From Raillietiella orientalis (taxonomy: Eukaryota), in contig JAYWIR010000004.1 in assembly GCA_036172245.1 (NCBI GenBank), forward strand, positions 6,138,001-6,202,000: DNA of 64,000 nucleotides. Direction: 5' to 3'. The position numbers and the translations under genes are program-made. A model generated the notes under the pieces. That model ran no database searches. It worked only from the letters and a program-made list of their open reading frames with translations, and was not told the origin of the DNA. Of this stretch, positions 11,250 to 23,975 are shown one piece after another (position 1 is the first letter of the stretch; each line of letters begins with the position of its first letter).

Positions 11250-13745
11250 TCTGAGATCACTTTTCTTCAAACACCTTTTTCCTTCAGATACTTAATCTTC
11301 GAGAATTTTCGGAATTAGTGGCAATATTGGTTAGAGCCACTTCAGATGATTTCTCGAGTGGATCCGCGTTTGGTGGCTTTGTTATCATTGCAAACGTTAG
11401 AGGTATCTACATTTTGAAACCAAGTGCAGTCGTTGGAATCCAGAGGAACAGATGGTCACTCGACTTTCAGATGAAAAAGGGACTTTTTACAGGTAACAAG
11501 AAGTCAGTCCGACATTTCTTCTGGAGGGCACATGAGAGGAAAGGGAAAAAGAGTACACAACGAAATAGTTCTGTTGCATCAGGAGAATACCAAATTTCGT
11601 GAATTTGATGGTACCTGTGAAAATCAGTGCTCTATCCTGGAATCTTCCACTGTCTTTGCAATCATCTCCAGTTTTCCATCCGATTAACGGAAGAGAACTT
11701 TGGTTACAATTGTAACGCTTTATTCTTTTTTGAAATTCGAAAACCTTGGGTTCCCTGTAGACAAGTGTAGGCGCACGCGAGAGTATTTTGCCGGACTTTC
11801 GAAGTTTGGCAGCTGAAACATACTGGCTCAGCTGTCTTGCTTTTGGTTCTTGACATTTTAATGACACCTGTTCCGTGATATTCCTGATTTCAGTTTATCA
11901 CAAGCTAGAGGTCTCAGTGTTCTGGGGTCGCAGTTCATCTTTTTAAAGGTATTTCTTATGCAATAGCTACCAGATCTCTTAGCGATCAGTTGATACGTAG
12001 AACTCTTCTTCGATCTATCTCAAGTTGTAATCTTGAAGCCAATCACGTTACTCATCTCGTCAGATTGTTTTGGAGAGACACAAGTCTTGCATGTTCATAG
12101 CATTCACTTTCTTGGAGGAGAAAGGAGCCGGAACGCTGGCATCTTGATGAGGCAGTCCGGAAAGAAAGAAAAAAGACATAAACTCTTTGATCTGAAGCCT
12201 TTTTCGCAAAGTACAGTGATCCAGCCTCTTCAGATATGCAAATACTCTGTTACACTGGATGCGTTATCTTTTGATCATACTACAAGATATTTGACGACAG
12301 AGCTCCATGAACACCTGAAAGGAAAAGAAATTTCTTCAAGCTCTCTAAAGTGCAGAGAATCTTTGGAAAAGCACTTTGAAACATGTTTCGCATCTGGAAG
12401 CCAACGTGCTTTTCAGAGGAGAGTTCGTATTATGAATCCCACATGGGATCTTGTGGGCTCAGAAATTGGCATATTCCTCTTTGGAGCTACTCTCAGTGAG
12501 AAAAAATTTTCTGAAGTGCATAGTGATTCATCGTGTTCTATGTGACTATGAAATCGCGGTCCAGATGAATCCTGCCAAACTCCTTCCAATCAACCACCGC
12601 GCTCCATGAATCCAAAACGAATTATTTGGAAGAAATGTCTTTTCTTGTCGATCCTGCCTTGCATGGTGTGCTGATTTGTGTGTTCGGCAATGACACTGGA
12701 ATTTGAGTTCCTACTTGCCGATGTCTGTGAACCATCAGTATGTTGGGATTGATGTGAACTTTGGAGAATGCATCACACTTTTAGATCTTAGCAAACGGTT
12801 CGCGCTCTCTGAAGCATACTTTTGATCCAACAGTCTAGAAGTGGCTTCAGGTTGTTCATAATGGGTGTACGAGAGGCTGGTTTGAAGATTGCGAAGCACG
12901 TCGGCTGGCGTGCCATCAGTTGATTTCACGATGAGCTACTTTGGAATGTGCAAAGAAACCAGTAAAGATACAGACATAAGAGACACTCGTTCCCTTGAAA
13001 TAGTGAGGAATCTCTTCAGTTCTTTGCTCGAGTTGAAGCAATTATGCGAACTCTCTTCGGATCGAAGTCCCGGGCCAATGCTATCGTGGTGTTCATCTCG
13101 GCTGATTCAGAAGATGCTGGAAAATAAAGAATTCAAAGAGTACTGTAATTCTCATGAATCTTGTTCCAAGCTTGCTGCTAATAATGCTCCCTTAATTTCA
13201 TCCCTCCCTTTCCTCCAAAGTATTCAAAACTCTAGGCTGCTCTTAGATTGCTTAAGCTAATAAAGAGAGCTCGAATTAAATGATATCAAATATTTTTTCA
13301 GTTCCATACCATAAAATATCTAATAGGACTCAGCCATCATTGATCAACTGCATACATGTCATCCATAAATCCAAGAAGAATTATTTCAAAGGAATTATTT
13401 TCATCCGTTGTACTCAGATAATGCCATGTAGAGCTTACATGGGAAAATAGATTGGATGAGCTTCATGCCTAATTTACGAGATTGAGAATGTGTATTGCTG
13501 GGGAAACTACCTATCATTCTCCAAGCTGCAGAGTCGATATCTCTGCAGTGCAAATTCTCTATGGAAAAGCGAATTATTCTTGATCTCAAGCACTGATAAA
13601 AACACATACATCTTTGAAGAATGCGTGCATTTCTTTTATTTACCGGATGGCACGTGGAATCGTCACTGATTCCAGGAGTAACTTGCCCTGAAGTCTTGCA
13701 TCTCATCTTGGCAAAGTCGTCACTGGAAGGAAGATTCACATGGAA
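11250..13745 (-). pseudogene. Probable endogenous viral element: decayed C-terminal part of a segmented negative-strand RNA virus (bunya-like) L protein/RdRp
   Basis: AT-rich, intronless and broken by stops and frameshifts. It begins with LPSSDDFAKM (motif C-like SDD), then VNKRN..SK (motif D-like), LE(IK)NNSLF (motif E-like) and a later FEIILLGF segment, in the order expected for these polymerases. Confidence 0.5.
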
Positions 13746-13866
13746 GGAGATTTCGAAGACATGTTTCTCGCGATTCGCAATTCAGAAGTTAAAAGGTTCC
13801 TCGTTCTCTTGTGTTCTCTCACGAAAGTCTGTGTGTACGAGGCGGTAAGGGACAAAAGTGATGCAG

Positions 13867-13909
13867 CATTTTCGAACGCGGCCATCGCCGATGGCCGCGT
13901 TCGAAAATG
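13867..13909. repeat. Perfect inverted repeat, 21-bp arms with a 1-nt spacer
   Basis: cattttcgaacgcggccatcg-c-cgatggccgcgttcgaaaatg; the arms are exact reverse complements. Confidence 0.95.
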
Positions 13910-15539
13910 ATCTACGAGATCTACTTCGAAAATCTACGAGACTTGATGATCAAAAAGAACCAAAAACAAAAGGAAAAAGCAAGAAGATACGAACAAGCGA
14001 AGGGATCTGCCAGTTACAGACATAACCCTGGGAGAACAAGCACACAAAGTGGCTGACTGAAGTCCAGTGAAAAACTCGGCCATGCATCTGCAAAGAGGTG
14101 CATCTCTATCCGTGCTTTGGACGAGCTTCTTGTTTGCGGAGCAGAAACACATTTAGGAAAAGGCTGCTTCCAGTACCAAGCATGGTGTGAATTCAATCTC
14201 TCTCATGAGATAAATTGCTCAACTGCACGGCTCATCGAGGAACATCTCTTCCTCAACTCTTCTGGAAGATGTTCCGAGGAAACTCCCAACTGATCACCTT
14301 GCGAGGTCAAAACCGAAACAACTGCGGTGCCTTCCCACTTTGCTGTGCTCGTAGTTGCGATCTCCATTTTCAAGCACAGAACGAGCCTTCCAGACTCCTC
14401 GGTGCATTGCGACATTGTCTGCGGGAACCGAGGCGCCCAAGTAGCGACGACGACGTGCAACTTTTCCGGGAGTCCTCTCCTGCTCGTGAAACGCTCATGT
14501 AAAGTCTTCCCTCGGAAAAGTTGTAAATCATGCTTACTCGTTTCGCTATAAAAGGTCGCTCGTGCAAGAATAATATAAATTACCATCAGGAAGCATTCTT
14601 CTAGAAAGGAAGACGGAAGCGATGAGCTCAGTGCTGTGTGAAAATACGCTGGAGAAAAAACCATCCTTCATTCTTTTTTCTTAGAGATTCGCTACATGGA
14701 GACTTCATTCTCCTCTCAAAAGAGACACAAAATCGATTGTTCCTTTGAGATGCTGGGAGTCTTCATGGAAAATTCGGGTGGGTTACACGGAAGGAACCAT
14801 GGTCACGAGGAAACCACTGCACCTCTGCCCTTTCCCTTTTTTTATTTTTCATCTCATTGTCACTTACTGTTGGATTTTTGCTTTGATGCGCGACAGTGAT
14901 GTAGCACCAATTGTGAGAGCATCTCTTGAGGATTCTCATGGATGAGAAGACCTGAAAAAGCAATCACTTTTGACATTTTCTGGTAAAGTCACTACCACTA
15001 AATGTCCACTCCAAAGATCCCTTACGTGTTACAGAGCCTTAGGCGTTTTTTTAAGATCCATTTCCGTTTTTTGCATCTTCGTAGTGCGAAACCGGGTTGA
15101 AAGAAAAAAAAAATCCAAGACACCTGAAAGACACTGTCTCAGTAACAGCCTCCATTTGGTAGAACAGAACACAGTCGATGCTATCATGCGATCCACCCAT
15201 TAGATTTTTTTTTTGTTTCTCTTAATTCTTTTCCAGCGGAAAACACGTAATAAATGAATTATGACTCTGATCCAGAGATACAGTTGGCCGTTTTAAGCAC
15301 TCACGAAAGCTCAAGATTTTCTTCCTGATTTTTTGTCAAACCAGAACAGAAAAGATAAAGAATGCTGGGATTCGAAGGCAGTGCAGGTCCTGAGGAATTT
15401 CTCTTGCTGCATTCTTTTGGTGTGATGAGGACAAAAAAGCATCATTCACTCTTTTCGTGGTGAACAAGTCTGCTGGTCAGTTTCACCGAATTCAAGTTGA
15501 ACACTTCCAACATCAGTATATGGAGATGATGATTCAAGC

Positions 15540-16055
15540 ATCCCGATCATTTAGAGATTTGTTCTACTTCATTAAATAACACCATCCCTTTCTTCTTGTT
15601 CTCTTCAACTCCTGCAATTGCTCGATTTTTTACGGACAGTGACCCCATGTGATGCTTCCCGTAGATGTTCTGGGAACGCCGATTGTTTGCCATGTCTTTT
15701 CTGGAGCAATCCGCCTGCTCCTTTGGGATTTTCCATTCTTCTAACACTTTATCGTTTCTTGGAACTTAAGGTCCCAGAGATCCTACAGCAAGTTTCCTTA
15801 CAATAGAGAGCACTCCTTTGAAAGAGAAGTGTGGAGCTAGCGCTTGATATTTGCTCTCCTTTTTTGTCTTGCCTAACAAGCTGATGACGAGAAGAATCCT
15901 GAAACTCTTGGACAAGGTAGGTTCCAGCCAGACTGTTCTGGAAGCAGATCCGGGGCTGAATCCAGACCTATTGCTCCATGGAGAAAGAGAGGTGGCTATA
16001 CTGGACGTCGCTGTCCCTTGAGGATATCCATCAACGGCATTGGAAGGGGTCTGAA
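15540..16055 (-). mobile_element. RLE-type non-LTR retrotransposon 3' fragment (NeSL/Utopia-like) with an inverted 5' part
   Basis: Minus 15872->15540 reads KTKKESKYQALA..LAVGSLGP*VPRNDKVL..RRSQNIYGKH. Plus 15872->16055 reads NKL..PDLLLHGEREVAILDVAVP..TALEGV (PD-(D/E)xK nuclease core). Confidence 0.75.
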
Positions 16056-17228
16056 CGGAGGAAGAACAGAGAGCTAAGAGGGAGCAGCCAAGGGAAGCCC
16101 TTCCAGTCAACAAAAGGCTCAACTGGTTTCTGCGGGAGAACCATGGACATCGTCGATTGCATGCCACTTGGACAAAGAACCCAGAAATTTCCCTCGAGCC
16201 GAGAAAGCTCCAAACTGTTCCAAGAGATTTATTGTACTGGAAAAGCCTACTCACAGCTCTTCATTAGTCCTGTTATTGCCTGGTAGAATCCTCTTATGAG
16301 TTTGTGAAACCTGGCTGTTTTGTTTTTGATTTACCAAGCTGATTGTGCATCTCGTGTGGGAAGAAACAAAGGAAGAGAAGGAAAGGTAAAGTGGAAAGTT
16401 TAAGTGATGAAGGCAGAGATGTTTCTTCACTCTGAGAGCTAGGAAAAAGATATGGCTATTTCCTGACTACTTGAAATGGGAAGATGAAGTGGGAGATGAC
16501 AAGCTCATGTAAGAAAGGATCCCTGCGAGCTCATATGAGAAGGGATTTCACAGAGAGTCCCTGATGCGAGGGCAAACGTCCCATTCGCCTGAAACATAAC
16601 TGGAACTCTCTGTTTCTTCACAGAATGCTCCTTTCTTGAAGAAAAAGGTCCGTGAGGGGAAAGTTCTCGCACTCACTCCAATCGTCGTTGCACTTCCAGC
16701 GTGAAGATTTGCAGACACCATCTTGGATCAGCACCATCATGCACCTTCCTCAGAATGAGTCGATCCTGAATCTGGGAACTGTAGAAATTTGAAATTTGGA
16801 TACATTGCATTTCTTGCGCATATCAGAATCTAAGAGGCACAGCGAGCACCAAGGGTTTGCTCCACTTGATGCTTTTTGCGCAGCAGGAGAAAAAACTCTT
16901 CATCTCTGTACAATTGATGCATCCACTACTTTCCAGATCAGGGCTTTTCCCATTTTGGAGCAGCTGCTTTAAGATGCTACGTCATGAAAAGCCTCTCATT
17001 TTTGTCTTACCTTCTGCTTGTTCTCTCCCTATCTGGGCAGACAAGACGCCTTTTTGTCTCTTCTATGCATGAAAATTCGTGCAAAGAAACCAAGAAGACT
17101 CAGGAACTCCAAGGCAGACACCTGATGAAAAATGGATCATCTCACTGAGCTCGTCGGGAATTCCTTTCCGTGTCTGCGTCGACTTAGTGACGCCATTTAG
17201 TTTATCATAACTTCCGTGACTATTACAG

Positions 17229-17965
17229 GATGGAAAATCTCGCTGTTTATGCCTCGGTTACTGCATCGATGCAAAGCAGAGATTGCGAGTGTTTTTCACA
17301 AATTAGAGTACCAGAACAAGGTGAGTTGATGAAAATTAATGCCGCCATCGGGTACCTCGGAGTGGATGGATTCCTCTCTTGTTCTCGACTAGAGGCCCAA
17401 GTTCCTCAGATACCACCTGCATGTGAGACCGGTAGCAGACCGGATGGCTTTGAAGATTCCCCTTTTCGGGATAAACACTACTGCAGTAAGGTTGGCAACA
17501 CTATAAGTCGACCAAATAATGTCGCCTGGAATCCTTGGTGCAAAGCTCATGGTGCAGCTACATTTCTTCCATAAGACTACACGCACTCGTCATCCGACAT
17601 GAACCAACAACAGCGCGAGTATGGACCTGTAGAGGAAAAATTGAAAACACAAGAATATTCGGCCTATGTCGCTGTCTCCCTTCGAAAACCATTCTTTTTT
17701 TTTTTGTCATACCAGAACTCTGTACGAGAGGTTTGACAGTCTCTGACTCCAAAAGATGTGTGGTTGGAACACCATTCTAAAATCGAGAAAATCTTGGACG
17801 ATCCTTTTCAGTTTCAGCTGCCATGCAGCACAGCACATGACACCATATTTTTTGTAGGATGCAAATAAAGAGAACTATTTTGATTTGCATTGGGTCGGTG
17901 GTAAAACACTACAGGAACGTTTTACGCACTACAGTTAGATGAAGATCACTTCTTCTAACTGATTA
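17229..17965 (+). pseudogene. C-type lectin-domain pseudogene (exon candidates 17229-17320, 17393-~17617, 17858-~17965)
   Basis: AG/GT-bounded segments give HYC..W...WCKAHGA and then HWVGG..F..YS*....SN*. The last two stops (TAG, TGA) fall where C-type lectin tryptophans (TGG) are expected. Confidence 0.5.
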
Positions 17966-17989
17966 CGAGATTCTTCGGAAATCAACAAG

Positions 17990-20493
17990 AAGAATGGTTT
18001 TTCCTTGTGCATCCCGTCACGAGGAAGCTCTCCATGAAGAAGATCACGCTGTGAACCCTTTCCCTGTAGCCAGGCTGAAAGGGAAGACACAGGGTGCTTA
18101 CACTCGAGCAGCAGCCATCTTTTCCACGGTGACTTTCAAAACCACAATGGGAAAGATGGCTGTAAAGCCAGAGTCTAAGGCCGGAAATTCCATTCTCAAC
18201 AGAGCAACTTGAACTCAAAGGTCTGTTGTGGATGGTGGAATTCTGGGGAAAGAGTTGCTTCCAAGCAGCTCCTTAATCCACAATACGGGCACACACGGCG
18301 TGGGATACCTCCTACATGTGCCTTTCCATCCCGAGGTAAAAGTGATTCTGACTGGAACATCTTTTTCCCTTATCAACTTGGAATAATGTTCCAGGAAATT
18401 CTGGATCTGCTTCTGCTACCTTCAAGAGGCCAAAGATCTGGGATTATTTTGGGTCCGGACTTTTCCCTCGACGCCACTATGGAATGCTTCTCGCATTAGG
18501 ATCTCTTCCAGACCATCCCTCCCAACTTTTCCAAGCTGCACACTGGCGTGATTCCTGATTCCAGAACTTCAACCCCAGAACTGTCATCTCCGTGGACGTC
18601 ACCAGACCACGGCTCCCTTCCCACTGGAAGAGGAAAACGGTCCTCCAGTGGGAACAGCGAAGGTTTGCAGAGTAAGTGCTCTGGAAAGTCCATGAAGCTA
18701 GAGCCGATGAAAAAATCCAACAGATCAGAAGATGAGGGAGTCTGTGAATAGGCGGCGGGATCGTTCTTGGGATAGCTCTATGATGGGAATGGATCCAGGG
18801 AGCTCAAGGGAGTTAAGATCCATCGGAAGATAGTTTCCTGCTGTAGGAAGGATGGTCCGGTGTACTCGTCCGAGAGGAACACGCTCGCCAAACGGACGAT
18901 GGCAGCGTGTCCCATCCAGAGTCAAGGAGCGCAGCAATGCCTTATGGCACTCTGTCGTCCAAGAAGGCAGTCGGCTGAAAAAAATGGCGTATTCCCTGGG
19001 GATTAATCCTCTCTGGGTTTTCGGACCGATCTCCTGAGAGCCTCTCTTGTTTCTCTGGCATCCGGAGCCTCATCTGCTAATGGTCAACTCTCCGGGCTGC
19101 TTCTGTCCTCTTCGTGCCGAGTTCTTAGAGGAGGTTTGCGCAGACAGCTGCAGCTGCTCTCGCTTTGAGACTGTCCACTTTGTCCTGCCGCATCCCAAGG
19201 GTGCTGAGGAAAGCTCCGTTTCTTCTGTGGGAGAACGAAGCAGCTTCCGTTTCCATCGGCTGCCGATCAGCAGACAGGACCAACCAGGGGATGGAGGCAG
19301 AGGGTGTACTCTCTCTGGCCTTTTCTCCTTGTGGTTCATACTGCGTTGGGGTTCCCAAGAAAACCGCAGAACCCTCACGAACTCACGGAGGGAAGTGTCC
19401 CTTCAGCGGAATTGAATGCCTGTAAGACTTCCTCTGTAAGACATCCTATTATCTCAACGAGAAAATGCAGCGGAGGAATATGCCGAGGTTCGGAGGAGGA
19501 GTGTCCCAATCCATCTGCATGGGAACGGACTTCGGGCAACACGCAGTGGTTCCTTCAAACCTGCTCTTCTGTCTTCTGTCAAAGACAGCCGTTGATGCCA
19601 GAAATTTCTGGAAGCCAGGGGGTTAAAAACGGGTTCGCGCAGTAGACGGCCACAGCGTTTGAGAGAAGCGAGGAGGGATCAGGTCAAGGGACGAAAGGAG
19701 GGGATGCGGGAATCATCAGACGGGAAGAGGTGGCAGAAGAGAGGAAAAACAGTGAGCACAGTGGGCTGGTCAGTGTTGGTCAGAAGGGGATGTGGAGCCG
19801 GCTCGGGGGAAGGGGACCCGAGTGTGAGAAGCAGGACCACCATAATCCCACACGGCCTTCAACTGAGTCGTCCTTGTCCTTTTCCATCGAAACCACCCAA
19901 AATTACAGAAGCGTGGGACCCCGTTGTCCTCATCCAGGACAAGGTCAGTTTGAAAGAGATAGCACGTGGCAGTTTGTGCGCGAGCCATTTTTTGAAATGG
20001 AAGCGAAGTGTTGGTCTCCCTCAACAGCTGAAGACGTCGAGAGCTGCATCGAGGTGTGCCCTTTCGCAGCAACTATCTCTGCAGCATTGGAATCTCATCT
20101 CCTCGCCAACCCACGTGCTTTCCGTCCTTCCTTCCGTGCTTCAGTTCTCCCTTGTCCGGGAGTCGCCAGCGCTATCTCGCTACCGCTATCCCAACTTGGT
20201 TTCTTCTTCGCTATTCGTCCACTAGAGGGCTCTGAGGTGCACGGGGGATCTCACCTACACCCTAAGCAAGCCTCCTCAGAGGAGCCTTCCTCCTCCTCCT
20301 CCTCCAGAACCGAGTGCAGTTTTCGTGGAATAGTGCTGGGTCTTAGGCAGGCACGAGAAAGAAGCAAGGCCAGTTAGGACCACTCGAACAGGAACAGATC
20401 AGTCGAGAGCGACGAGGCCCCACGGACGAGACCAGCATTCCGCGACTTGTGTGCGCTTCTCGGGGCGACTGCAAGATTTCGTCACTCCTATGC
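17990..20493 (-). mobile_element. Host LINE (family C), 3' half: decayed RT subdomains and C-terminal zinc finger; probably contains an unrelated insert around 19650-20250
   Basis: NAGLVRGASS near 20430 resembles QxGFxxGRS, domain 5/6-like remnants lie near 19550-19650, and VCPYCG..H lies near 18290. It continues the reading frame of 28617-30300 across the family-A TSD. Confidence 0.5.
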
Positions 20494-20509
20494 ATGCAAG
20501 AGAGGGAGA

Positions 20510-23309
20510 CGGAGGAAACTCTGCATGTTACCGAGGACCTGAAAAAATTAGCGGAAGATGTCCAACATGGAAAAATTGAAGAAAAGAAAGAGCAGCAACG
20601 ATTGCTTCGATGTTTTTGCGAACTTCAAGACGATATTAACAGAACGGTGGAGGTAACCCATCGTGAGAAGCTGGAGAACAAGCTTCTTAGAGTAAAGGCA
20701 GAATACTGCACAAGAGAGAATCTGGAGAAGCTTCCAGTCAGTACCAATGAGAAGTACGAACAGCGGACAGAGACCACCGACCTCACTGGCACAGAAAGTG
20801 ATGCGGGAAGTGACTGCGACTGTCGGGAGGAAGAAGGTTTCTCGCGGCAGATAAAGACCAGAAGAATAAAAAAAATAATAAAACCACACAATTTAAGGCC
20901 TCGTTCCTATCAACTAGCCGGAGAATTAACATTACTTCATGGAATATCAATGGACTATCAGATCAAGGAAAAAGGAAGAGGACTGTGCGAAACATTGTCA
21001 AACAAGACATCATATGTCTGCAAGAAACCCACCAGATGGGACAACAAATCACCCTTGAGCTAGAACGATTATTGAATGGGCAAATATCTGTTAGTGAAGG
21101 ACAGAAAGGAGTAGCGATTTTCATTAAAAACAAACTCGCCCACACCATTTTCGAAACCTTCTGCCCAATTTCGGGGCGAATTATCGGAGTAAGGCTAGCC
21201 TGGTCCTCTAACGTTCATCTGTTTTTGGTGAACGTATACGGACCACATAAACTAAAACATCAATGTGCGGAAACCTTGCACGAAACACTCCGCGAACGAG
21301 CCACAACAAAGGATATTATCATTATCATGGGAGACTTGAATATCTTGAAGGAAAACACTTACCCCCAGGATACTAGAGGAAGAAGGGCGTATCAGCGGTT
21401 GTCCGATGAGTTCGGATCTCAGTGGCGAACAGCTAGCCACAAGTCGATCGGCCATATTTTGCATAGTTCGGAAATTGAAAACCGTATACAAGGATTTCGA
21501 GACATGCAAACTTTGCTGTCCGATCATCCACTGGTGCGGTTCTCTCTTCGAACTGAAAATCCCCGGCGAAGCAAAGAGACTAGGGCGGCACTGATATGCA
21601 TGCCTACCTGGTTCGAAACGCTTCCCTGTCACCAGGATGTCATCGAGGCAATTCTGCGAGACGCACCTATCCGCAGAGTCGCCGACTGGGACAGTCTAAA
21701 GCATAGAGTCCATTTATTTTGCAACATGCAATTTGGAGATAAAAGGTTGAGGCAAGAAGCGTACCGTGAATAATGCCAAATATCTAGGAGTCCACATCGG
21801 CGACGAGTCGGCGTCGAAACTACTGTGGACACAAATTCTAGAAAAAACTGCGAACGAAACAGCAAAATATAACAGAGTGGACTTTAGTATGAAGAAGAGG
21901 GCGAACCTTTGGAACGGAGTACTCCTTCCCAAGATACTCTTTGGAGCGGCCTTTGCCAGGACGAATCAGGACACCATAAGGGAATTTGAAAAGCTGCAAC
22001 GCAAGACCCTATGGATAATATATCGACCAAGAGTGAGATTAAAACCCCTGTGTCGTCCTAAGGAGGAGGGCGGTTCCGGGATGAAGTTGCTTGCACATTC
22101 CGTAGAAATCATGGATACGCGACACATCATGGACATCGCTGCCCACTGGAATGACTGGCCCTATGCAGCTCATAGGGCCTAGTCGATGTTACTAAACAAC
22201 TCGAAAGGCCTGATGACTGCATTGCTAGGCCGATAGGGGAGTGGATCAGCATAGACCCCACCTGGAAGAGGAAACAACAGCTGGTGCAAAAACACCAACT
22301 GAAGATCGTTCCTAGAAGCAAGGAACTCTGGAAAGTGGAATCCATCCTGGTAATTCCTTGGATGCTTCAGGTGCCCTCGGACACGAGAAACTGGATATAG
22401 CAGAGGCCCAGAGTCACCATACAACGAATCCAAGAATGGAGAAAAGGAGGATACCTACATCAAAGTCGTATACTTCGGTATATAGAGATGGTGTTGGGAA
22501 AATTCACCCATAGGACACGCGAAGTGTGGAAAAACCACAGGGACTTTGCCTGGTCCAGGGTGAACAAGCAGAACCTCCGAAATCTGATTAAAGAGGAAGA
22601 CCAAGATAACAGTGCCCTCCAAGAAGCTGCCCATCGCTACGGGAGCGACAGGATCAAGCTGTTAGCAATCGGCACGACTCTCTGGAGGAGTGACCTACCG
22701 CCAGACATCCAGGACAACCTCCTGATGTTCTCATGGAGGAATCCTGAGCGAGTCCAGAGTGAAGTACTACACGGGAAGACGTGAAGACGAAGACTGCATG
22801 GCATGTGGAGACATTGATACGAGACTACATGTCTTAACCTGTCCCACATTAATCCGCGACTGGCTCATCCTAAAAAGGGTCATAGGACGTACAACCAGTT
22901 CAGTAATGGAAATACTTGCCGGGATGTTCCAGGGAGATGGAAATGTCCCTAACTACAACCCCTTGGTAAGGACGACCATTGCTCTTTTTATCACCGCCAT
23001 ACTGGTGCGGTGGTGGAAAATGAAAAACGCTAGGATAGCTCCTTCTCCGATGGAAATCCTGAAAGGGCTAATATTAAAGAAGATTGGCATCAGGAACTGT
23101 GGATGAGTACAGGCCTGGACGTACCGCTATATCCTGAAGAGGATTAAAGACGACGCCCAGGCAATGACGTCAACCAACGTTCTATAAAAAGTAGAACCGG
23201 ATTGAACAGTGATACCCATGGTGTAAGTTGTAAATGAATGAGCCATTGTAGCGTGATTGAAAAAAGGGGATGAATAAACTCACCCCACCCCTCATGGGAC
23301 TAGGGGAAA
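20510..23309 (+). mobile_element. LINE family A copy 1 (L1/Tx1-like): 5'-truncated ORF1, APE endonuclease, RT core deleted, thumb, zinc finger and 3'UTR; perfect 16-bp TSD
   Basis: Motifs ITSWNING, DIICLQETH, KGVAIF, NVYGP, MGDLN, LSDH, then KYLGVHIG, LCRPKEEGGSG and CMACGDIDTRLHVLTC. AATAAA at 23273. atgcaagagagggaga occurs at both 20494-20509 and 23310-23325. Confidence 0.92.
20919..21773 (+). CDS. Apurinic-endonuclease-like (APE) domain of LINE family A copy 1; frame open from 20814
   Basis: Uninterrupted ORF with SWNING, LQETH, GVAI, VYGP, GDLN and SDH motifs. Confidence 0.85.
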   Translation, partial: RRINITSWNINGLSDQGKRKRTVRNIVKQDIICLQETHQMGQQITLELERLLNGQISVSEGQKGVAIFIKNKLAHTIFETFCPISGRIIGVRLAWSSNVHLFLVNVYGPHKLKHQCAETLHETLRERATTKDIIIIMGDLNILKENTYPQDTRGRRAYQRLSDEFGSQWRTASHKSIGHILHSSEIENRIQGFRDMQTLLSDHPLVRFSLRTENPRRSKETRAALICMPTWFETLPCHQDVIEAILRDAPIRRVADWDSLKHRVHLFCNMQFGDKRLRQEAYRE

Positions 23310-23975
23310 ATGCAAGAGAGGGAGAATTAGAGAACTTCAAGACAAACATCGCTGCGCGGAAGCCATTCAAGCTCTCCTGCGCAGTAAGGCCTCGGCGAAG
23401 GACATCGTAATTATCGTGGGCGAACTGAACATGCCGAACATCAACACTTAGTACAAAGTCGTCAGGGGAACAACGGCCTGCCGTCAGCTGTCCGACGAAT
23501 TTGGGCTGCAATGGCAATGGCCAACAGCAATAAGATAGAGCACGTCCTGCACAGTCAAGACTCCGCAATTCGGGTGCAGGGAATCCGGGACGTTCCATCT
23601 GTGCTCTCGGACCACCTCTTGCTTCGATCCATTCTGCGAACGGAGAATCCCCGGAGAAAGGCAGGAGCGAGGGCTGAGTTAGTATGCATGCCCTCCCGGT
23701 TCGAAACGCATCCCTCTCACCAGGAACTAATCGAAGCAATTCTGCGGAACACTACCATATGCAGAGTTGCGGACTGGCCGAAGCGAACGATCCATTTGTT
23801 CAGCAACTTGCAATATGGCGACAGGAAGATGAGAAAGGAAGCATATCTCTATGGACTACTGGATGGTTCAGTCTGAAAACACTGGCAACAGTATGAGAAA
23901 AGGTACGTTTTCAAAAGAATCAAAGGGGAAGTTGGGGCACTGGGAAAGAGAAACATCGCAACCAATGTTTTCTCC

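Noticed and set aside
14203..14664. Second C-type lectin-like exon (QCTEESGRLV)
   Set aside because: Only one weak motif; no WIGL-type segment or clear splice structure.
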